From the NCBI GenBank assembly GCA_951406725.2, contig OX597815.1, positions 125,736,001 through 125,800,000 on the forward strand: a stretch of 64,000 nt of DNA, written 5' to 3'. Within the stretch, counting starts at the first letter, position 1. The number at the start of each line of letters is the position of its first letter. A program made the position numbers and the translations under genes. Under the pieces are notes generated by a model, which had not been told where the DNA came from, ran no database searches, and saw only the letters and a program-made list of their open reading frames with translations. Below are positions 55,418-64,000 of the stretch, piece by piece. This DNA is from Octopus vulgaris (taxonomy: Eukaryota).

Positions 55418-55797
55418 TTATTACTTCCGCCTTAGCGAAGGCGGAGGTATTGTTTCCGGTCTGGTTTGTTTGTTTGTTTGTTTGTCTGTCTGTGGACAAG
55501 ATATCTTAAAGGACTGCTAGATGGATTCGGATGAAACTTTCAGGGATGTTTGGCCTCGTGACTGGCACGACCTGATTAGATTTTGGCATCGATCTGGTAC
55601 CGGACGAGGATTCTGGATTATTTTTTCGGTTTTTTGTTCTTGAGAGCGGTCGGATTCATTTTTAGTATTCTCGTTTGTGAGAGCAGTCGAGTTTATTTCA
55701 GATATTCTGATTTTAAAAATCATCTCCGACTAATCGTTGACAGGACGTTGGTATTGCCTTGGCGGAGGCTTGCGTTCGCTGAGTGTTTTTTTCTTGT
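55418..55797 (+). mobile_element. Non-autonomous Helentron-type (DINE-1/HINE-like) element
   Basis: 5' hairpin ACTTCCGCC...GGCGGAGGT, internal (GTTT/GTCT)n tract, recurrence of GGCGGAGG near the 3' end, then a short stem-loop and T-rich end. Confidence 0.7.
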
Positions 55798-56634
55798 GGT
55801 ATATCTATTTATTTGTGTGCCACTTAAGGCGCATTGCCTTGTGGTTAGGGTGTTGGATTAACGATCAAAACGTCGTAAGCGCGATTCAAGTATCATGCAG
55901 TACGTATGTTCATACAGAAGGCAGTTCATATTACATTGCACCAATCTACTCAGCTACAATGAGTACCACCTTCTGTTCCTCTAACTGCCATGCTCTGGTT
56001 GTTACACCGGATCAAGTGAAAATCTCCGTGAGGTTGTCTATATATGTTCGTGACTACATAGACAGCCCGAATAATTAAGGAATGCATGGTATCCCTCTCT
56101 TGACCCGGTGTAATATCCAGGACATAACAATTTGAGGAAGAGATTGAATTGCTCCCTCATTGATCTGATGCTCATTTTAGCTGGATAGACTGGTGCAATG
56201 TGACGTGAATTGACTTGATCAAGGACAGACATGCCACCTGGTTCAGAAACCAAACCAACGACTTTATGATCGTCAGACTAACACGCTAACCACTAGGTCC
56301 TACACCTTAACAGACAAAGCTAATTAAAATCAAACAGATACAGTACAATAACAAAATGCATAGCCATAGTTATATTTATAGAAAGAGGAAAGATAACATG
56401 AAGTGGGAAGGTTCTGTCGTTTCAAAATGGTTTAGTGACGACATTAAAGTATGGAGTGGTTTCAAACAGCATCCATTGCGGTTAGAATCCAAACCCCTGA
56501 CACAGCTGGTCAGAATATTACTTCCTACGAAATCTATAGTTAACACCCAGACTGTGTTGACAGTTACGTAACTGTAGCTCAACAGCCTGATATAAAATTA
56601 CATATTTTTTATAACGGCTATACACACTAACACA

Positions 56635-56711
<77 letters not shown>

Positions 56712-56883
56712 TCACACACACATGTGAAATTAATAAGAAGTTAATAGGAAATTATGTCATGAACTTCGTTAGCTTACAGTTGATTCAGCTATAAATTGCA
56801 ATGCACTCATAGTTGAATGATAGTACATACACACACATACAGGTACACACACATACATACACACATACATATACACACATGTT

Positions 56884-56931
<48 letters not shown>

Positions 56932-56989
56932 CACACACATATATACACATGCGAACGCGCACATATATGTAAGCCATGATAGATCGCTA

Positions 56990-57162
56990 GCCAATACACG
57001 TTCTTTATTTTCGCTCCTTGTTTCTTTCTGTGTTCCTTTCTGTGGAAGAGCGTAGGCTCGAAACGTTAAAGACTTTTTCACTTTCCGAGCGTTAAACTAA
57101 TACATCTGTTTGTTGTCTATACATCTGTCTTCGTCTTTTGTTTTTCTTTGTGAATTCTCCCT
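56990..57162 (+). mobile_element. Solo copy of the 26.6 kb repeat unit, followed by (TA)n
   Basis: CTTT CTGTGGA A GAGC-GTAG-GCTC GAAAC GTT AAAG at 57036-57071, plus the shared downstream sequence. Confidence 0.8.
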
Positions 57163-57171
57163 CTATATATG

Positions 57172-57304
<133 letters not shown>

Positions 57305-57428
57305 ATGTATTGTTGTAATGTAGAATGGTCATTTTGCGAGTTTAGCCAATAAAAACACACGCACTATATATTTGGTGTTACTTTGCTTTAGCGTTATTCA
57401 TTTTTTACATTAATCTTAATCTTATTTC

Positions 57429-57473
57429 GGACAAAGTTCTTTCGTCACACTCCTGTGACCTCATCAGTGGTCC
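57429..57473 (-). ncRNA. Minimal type-I hammerhead-like motif with canonical core
   Basis: Minus strand reads GGACCA CTGATGA G GTCACA-GGAG-TGTGAC GAAA GAACTT TGTCC: intact core, perfect 6-bp stem II, stem I with one bulge. Confidence 0.75.
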
Positions 57474-57706
57474 TTTGCTTTCTTCTTTCTTATTTGTGTG
57501 TCTCTCCTTACTAACGGTCAGCCATTTTGTATTTTACATTCCTATTGTATGTGTCTTCATTTGCGCATGCGTATACCTCTATGTGTGTCTATGTTTAGTT
57601 AGTGTGTGTGTGGGGGAATGCCTGTAATATTTGTATCGCCTGTTTATATACGTTCGTGTAATTTGTTTTTTTTTGTTTTTGTTTATTTTTATTTAATAAT
57701 AATATT

Positions 57707-57770
<64 letters not shown>

Positions 57771-58587
57771 GTAGGTATAAACACTTGAACAAAATAATGA
57801 ATTTACATGTATGATGCTGTCCAAGATGCTGAATTATGACTACATTATAATTGCAGAATTGTCAAATCAGTTGCATGCGATTGGTTTGGTTCCGGTCAGG
57901 AACTTATTCTGTTATGCCGGAATTCACCTCGCAGCTGTGCTCTGTACCACAAGTCTGGGAAGTTGTATGCCATTGACTAGTGTCCTGCCTAGGGCATGAT
58001 AAGCCGCAGATATAGATTTCTTGAGACATAGAGATGAATAAATACCGTCCAAATAACTTTGTTATAGTGGTAAGGCTGTTGGTTAGCGCTATTTGAACAG
58101 ATCCATGGAAAGGCAGTAGCTAATTGAATAAATTATTCAGGAGTATTTCATGCTGAATTGCTTAATTAAAGATTGTGTTAAACTAATTGATCTCGTGAAT
58201 CCATGAACTGTGCACGAACAGTTTCTTCCCAATGTATAGAACTGGGTAAAACTTTGGTTTTATGCAACACCAGTAGTTGACACTGCATGCAAGTCTCCCG
58301 TTTTCCAAGATACTGATGTTATGCAATAAGGAAGGGAAAATTAGATACAACGTCTTTCCAGAATCGTGGCGACGTTGCCGTCAGAACGTAAGCTCCAGAA
58401 AAGAACACAGATACCATGAAGTATCTCAACCGACTCTACTGCCAATTCACCGTCTTTGACCGACGCTTTATAATATAGCAACCTTCAGACCTGAGAGGGA
58501 TTTCATCTTAGAGCGTCAGAAAAATACTGTAAGGAAACCTGCCCGATGCTCTGACGTCTCTGCCGCTTTGTCGCCGAACGTTTTTCT

Positions 58588-58915
58588 GCCATTGGACTGC
58601 GGTCATGTCGAGGCTTCATCTTGAAAGGTTTAGTTAAAAAAAAAAAAATGATCCCAGCATGTATATTTTAAGTCTAGTGCTTATTTTGTCGGTCTCTTTT
58701 GCCGAAACCACAAAATTACGGGAGCGTAAACAAACCAGCACCGGTTGTCAAATGACGAGAAGGGAGCATACAAAAGCATAAGCACACACACTTAAAAACA
58801 ACGGGCTTCCACAATCTCATTCACAAAGCATTGGTCAGCCTGGAAGTTTAACAGGAAACATTTGCCCAAGGTGCTACGCAACGGGACCGAACCTGAAATT
58901 ATAGCCATGCCTGCC
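58588..58915 (-). mobile_element. SINE family B copy
   Basis: Reverse complement of both head (ATAGCCATGCC, TTGCCCAAGGTGC) and tail (ACCAGCACCGGTTGTCAA). Confidence 0.75.
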
Positions 58916-59177
58916 TGCTCCTTAAGAATTTAAATGTAGAGTCACGAGTTTAATGTTAAATAAAGAGTCTATTTATTATGTTTTCAGGAGACTTGGATGC
59001 CGCATTCAGTAAAACTGGGCGATTTCAGAGAAGCTTGTTGGCTTGCGTACAATAAATTCTGATGAGGCGGTAACATTCTACTGAAGTTAAGCGTACTATT
59101 GAATATCTTACTGGTTATCTTTTGTGAATCTAAATTGTGAAGTATTGTTGAGTTGCAGTTGAATTGATATCTTTTTA

Positions 59178-59392
59178 AAATTTTGGCGCAAATCCAACAA
59201 GTTTGAGAGGAGGGGGCAAGTCAATTACACTAACCCTCAGTACTTGAATGATACTTATTTTATCTTCGACCCCAAAAGGATGACCGACAGAGTCGACCTC
59301 AAAGGGATCTGGACTCAGAACGTAAAGAGTTGAAAGAAATGCCGCCAAACATTTCGTCCGGCGTGCTAACGATTCCGTCAGTTCGTCGCCTT
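59178..59392 (-). mobile_element. tRNA-derived SINE, family A
   Basis: Reverse-complement copy ending ...GCGTGCTAACGATTCCGTCAGTTCGTCGCCTT. Confidence 0.8.
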
Positions 59393-59882
59393 AGTTCAAT
59401 TTGCATTAAGAATGCAAATGCCCTTTGCTTTCGCTTTTCAGTTTCAAATTTTCCCCATGCTCATTGTGGTTTTATCTATTTGAAAGTTCGACTTATGTAC
59501 AGAATTGCCCAGATTTCATTGTGTTATGAGAGCTGAAAGTAATTTCTGAAGAATCAAACAGAAATGTTTTAAGTTCTACATATCTGAGATGAAGAATTTT
59601 TATATTGTCATACCCGAAGCGGTGTCCTCTGAGCATACAGAGCCAAAATGTTGTGAAAGCAACAATCACGATGAGGATGGGACTCCGACTAATACATAAT
59701 ATAGAATTTTTTCATCTCAGAAATATAGAATTTACCCAATCAATACGGAGCCGACATAATTCTTTAATGGAGGTTTATAAGCCTGAAAAATTCACTCTGA
59801 CACTACCTACGGGAATGGCGTTGTGGATAAAGACGCTGGTTAATGCAGTGCAGTTACTTAGAGATCCTGAGATCTGAACCAA

Positions 59883-59970
59883 ACAAGACACTAAGTTGTC
59901 TCACAAGACACTAAGTTGGCTCACAAGACACTAAGCTGGCTCACAAGACACTAAGCTGGCTCACAAGACA
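59883..59970 (+). repeat. 20-bp minisatellite, about 4.4 copies
   Basis: ACAAGACACTAAG(T/C)TG(G/T)CTC repeated head to tail without spacers. Confidence 0.95.
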
Positions 59971-60409
59971 GTTGACGATGGCTGGGATGTAGACAGTAGA
60001 AACGTCGTGAAAGCAACAAAATGATAACGCTACAACAAAATATAGGAATGTTTTATTTTTTATTACAGGTAATTAAAAAAAAACCCGCATAGGACTTCAT
60101 CCAGAGTTGAACTAACATCATTGTAGCTGATATAGTTTTGAAGACACTTTATTGTTATTGTTGATGTTAGATCCAATATCAGCCCTGGTCAAACATACGT
60201 ATTATCAAAGACATTCAAGTCATGACCATCCCTTTTATTTTGTGCTTTCTCTTTTCAGGGATAATAACTTCTCCAAATTATATGTTTTTCTTTATAAAAA
60301 TGTCAGTGCAAAATTTGGAGGAGATTTGGTTGCAAGGTCTAACCGTCAAGTAACAACATAGAAGTTCCTTTATTGATACGTACAGTTATTTGTTCATATA
60401 TATATATAC

Positions 60410-60472
<63 letters not shown>

Positions 60473-61044
60473 TGTGTGTGTGTGTGTGTGAGTGTGTGTG
60501 TGTGTATACATATGCATATGTGTATACATATGTGTTTGTATAGATAGATAGATTTAAATGAATAGATGGATTCATGATTAGTTTTCCGCCGGTCTTGACG
60601 ATGAGAATTCAGTTCTTCGCTTTGCTCAAGTGTACCCTTAACATAATTCTCAAACTGTATCAATGTGACACAGTGTCTGTCAAGGCTGTACCATTCAGTT
60701 ACAGATACAATCCATCCAGCTGGCTTCCATACAGACTCTGTCAACCCTATTTAACTCATAGTTTATGGGTCGGCTTGAAGCTATTCAAAATGGCATTTGC
60801 TCAAAAATCCACACAGCGGAATCGATTCCAAGCTTTCGTGGTTGCGAAGCAAACTTGTTTCCATCCGCCACACACCACACGTATACATACATACATACAT
60901 ACATACATACATACATACATACATACATACATACATACATACATACATACATACATGCATGCATACATATATACATACACACGCACATGTATATAGGTGT
61001 GTGTGTGTGCGCGCGCGTGTGTGTGTGCGCGCGCGTGTGTGTGT

Positions 61045-61365
61045 GGCACGTGACTTAGTGTTTAGGATATTCGGCTTAGGGTCGTAAGGTCGTGAGTGCG
61101 ATTTCTGGTGGCCTTTAGTTTCCTTGAGCAAGACACTTTATTCCATGTTGCTCAGTCCACTCAACTGGCAAAAATGAATTGTACGTGTAATTCAATGGGC
61201 CAGCCATGTCACATTCTGTCAAGCGCTAAACCTCCCTGAGAAGTACGTTAAGAGTATGCAAGTCTGTGGTATACTCAACTACTTGCAAGTTAATTTCACA
61301 AGTAGGCTGTTCCGCTGATCGGATCAACTGACACACGCGTCGTCGCAGCCGACGGAGTGCCAGTT
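61045..61365 (+). mobile_element. tRNA-derived SINE, family C
   Basis: tRNA-like head (GTGACTTAGTG...GTGAGTGCGATT) followed by CCTTGAGCAAGACACTTTA. Related degenerate copies at about 55830-55960 (+) and 56160-56310 (-). Confidence 0.65.
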
Positions 61366-61384
61366 ATATTAATATACATATGGG

Positions 61385-63640
61385 CAGATATTCCCTTATC
61401 CGAAGTTCTTGGAACCAGGCGTGTTTCGGAATTCGAATTTTTTCGGATTTTGGAAATGGCAGTGCAGTATATTCATAGATACATCCTCGATTATGGTCGT
61501 GGTTCCCAAGTAGAGCCAAGGCCATCTTCATCTAACTTTGAAAATATAATTCTGATTTGTATATGCATCTATCGTAGGTTGAATTTTTCAGTCCATAGTG
61601 ATATCATTAGAGTGTATCGATAAGCTTAGTCTAATAGGGCAGTATGACGTTTTTATCAACTTACCAGAACTATGACGAAAATCTCACTGGGTAGCTTAGG
61701 ATAAACAAGACACCTAAAGCTTCGTAAATGTGCGTAGACACAGCTTGGCGAACAATTATACAGTTTTGTTAATTTGTGTTGGAAATACTCACAATGATTC
61801 GAATAAATGATGATTTTACAATAATTTTATAGTTTTCTTGTATTATATTAAACTAGTAAATAAAGTGGGATGAAAATAACCCATAAAATTGCTAGCAAAC
61901 TTTTCATTTCTAAGTAAAATATTCTATAACACTTCAAACATAAGGAAGCTCAAATTAAGTTAAAGGCATTTACGTATACTTGTAGCAAAAGCACAATGAA
62001 TTTATCACGAAGATTCTGGAGAATTAGGGTACATCAATGTTGTTACCACTGTCATGATGACCGTCATTTTCAGACTGGGGATGAACGTCTGATAAAGAGC
62101 CTGGAAGAGGATTCTCAAGTTCAGCAGCATAATCAAAGACAGCCTTTTAAAAGAGTTCTTCCAGTGTTATTTGTCTCAATAACACAGGTTTCTGTCTTGG
62201 CACTCTCTATCCGAGTAAACTGCCATATTGTCATGCTCACTGATAAACAAATTGTTCCACACCAGCAATTAACTAATTACACTTCGTCATATCAAATCTA
62301 CGGAGATTTTTCAACTTGTGTTCACAATGTTATCTTCAATACAAATAACCCCATGCATTATTGATAGTCTCCAGCACTTCTTCGATGTCAGCTAACGTAT
62401 TTACACATTCAGCTGACGTATCTACACTTTCGGCAAAAGCAATAAGGTTTGACTTCATTTTCTCGCTTGTCGCAAGGAATCCTTAAAATCGTCATCTGGA
62501 GGTTCCTTTTTGAAACACTTCGTTCTAGGCCAACTTTTGTTGCAAGTATTTTTTAATGTTGATTTAGTAACATCTTTCCAAGCATTATCAAAGTGTGTAA
62601 ATGACATCCTTATGACTGAACACTTTCAGGAAGTTTTGAAACCCTACACCTTTGTGGACAGTATCAAGCATACAGTTCAGAAAAATATCTATATTTGATC
62701 TTCATGGAGTACAAAATACGTTGGTCAAAAGGTTGTATTAAAAATGTCACATTGGAGAGAAAGAAAACGCTGAAAGCTTTATTTTATCACACGGCTTCCA
62801 AGAGGTGGTGGCACAGTTTTCTTGGACCAATAAAATTGTATAGTTCTCTTCCAGCCCGGCTTCCCTACAATGAGCTCATGTACCTGGTACATAGGTGTTG
62901 TTGAACCAATCGGTCAGTATTTCTCTGGTTACCCACATTTCGTTGCTTGCATAATAATGCGCATGTAAATTTCGTACATCCTTAAAATATCTTGGATGTT
63001 TTTTTTTCCCAATCAGTACCAACGTTAACGTGTGTGTAAACAGCTTTTGGCACGCGCAAGAACACTCACCCTGTTCGCAACATCTTTGAAACCTGTTGTA
63101 GTTTTTTCATCAACCATTATCATTGCTTTTTAGGAACATATCGCATTTAGAAAATCTGATTAATCTGTATTATAAGTTTGTTCTGGACTAAAGTTTTCAT
63201 CAGATATCATCTTGGCAAATTCGTCTGTGTAACTTTTAATTGCATTAGAATCATCAGGAGCTTTTTCACCACCAATTTTTTAAAGATATTTTTTACACCT
63301 ATTCTGCTTCTTAAAAGTCTGCAGTCAAACTCCTAAATATTCGCACTTACCTTCATTGTTCACTTCTTCATGATTATTTTCTAGCTTCTTTCATGATCAT
63401 CAGTCCAATCAGTAGCATACTTTCAGTTCTGCGTTGTCAAACTTTCTCCATCAGTACACAGTCAAGATCTGCATCTTTGTTTTTTGCTCTATGCAGTATA
63501 TTACTACTTTTCAGCAGTTTTATTTTCATCTGTTTCTTTATGTGGTCATTACTTTATTGTTGTAGTTCCCACGTCGCAATCTTCCGTAAAATGCTGCAAA
63601 GATACCCCACAGTCAAATTTCTGCAAAAGCTCTGCTTTCT
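61385..63640 (-). mobile_element. Tigger/Jerky-like pogo-family DNA transposon remnant
   Basis: Left end CCCTTATCCGAAGTTCTTGGAACCAG..GTGTTTCGGA resembles a Tigger-type terminus. Minus-strand fragments LKIGGEK, FSPEQTYNTD, GFKDVANRVSVLACA, LIGKKKHPRYFK, WVTREILTDWFNN and NVTFLIQPFDQ fit a DDE_1 transposase with many stops. Second TIR not seen. Confidence 0.85.
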
Positions 63641-64000
63641 AGACTATCAACAATGACAGATGCATCCTTTTCTATTTCGCAGCTCTCTTTGACGTTTTCT
63701 CAGTCTTCAAAGCCACAAAACTACAAAACATTTATTGGCTAAACTGGCAAAATGACCATTTCTAAATACAACAATTAAAAATATATATCAGCGAGAAACA
63801 GAGGCACTTCTGATTGGAAGAAATGCCGACACACAATTGGTGTTGGTTGAGTTTGGATCACATCCAATATGCATGGGGCTAAACAAGGAGCAGATGATCT
63901 CTGTGAAAAAGCTTTCAGTTTTCAGAATTTCAGATAAGAAATTATCTACCTGTATACACTTACATACTATACTATACATACATATATACATACATACATG

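Noticed and set aside
59883-59970. Short direct repeats that might suggest a CRISPR array
   Set aside because: Units abut without unique spacers and the context is eukaryotic; it is a minisatellite.

Overview
AT-rich, microsatellite-saturated animal DNA. The SINE families and repeat landscape look like an octopus or other coleoid cephalopod (inference, not tested). The only credible host coding sequence is a large first exon on the minus strand (46148-44977, ending at an AG|GTAAAG donor). It encodes a signal peptide, a Ser-rich linker and a GPR158/GPR179-like extracellular Cache region, so much of 1-45 kb is probably intron. The rest is mobile DNA: three Penelope-like RT/GIY-YIG elements (one with a ~500-codon open frame), a complete but dead mariner, RTE and CR1/L2 LINE fragments, a Tigger/Jerky-type pogo remnant, a Helentron-type (DINE/HINE-like) non-autonomous element and many tRNA-derived SINEs. 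Nearly all other listed ORFs are microsatellite artefacts. The least explained signal is a dispersed set of about a dozen minimal type-I hammerhead-ribozyme-like motifs. They lie at the 3' ends of the Penelope-like elements and in short non-coding modules inserted into (TA)n/(TG)n tracts. Several modules are long inverted duplications, and one family has a non-canonical CUGU core in all four copies. All structures were read by eye; no folding or database search was run.
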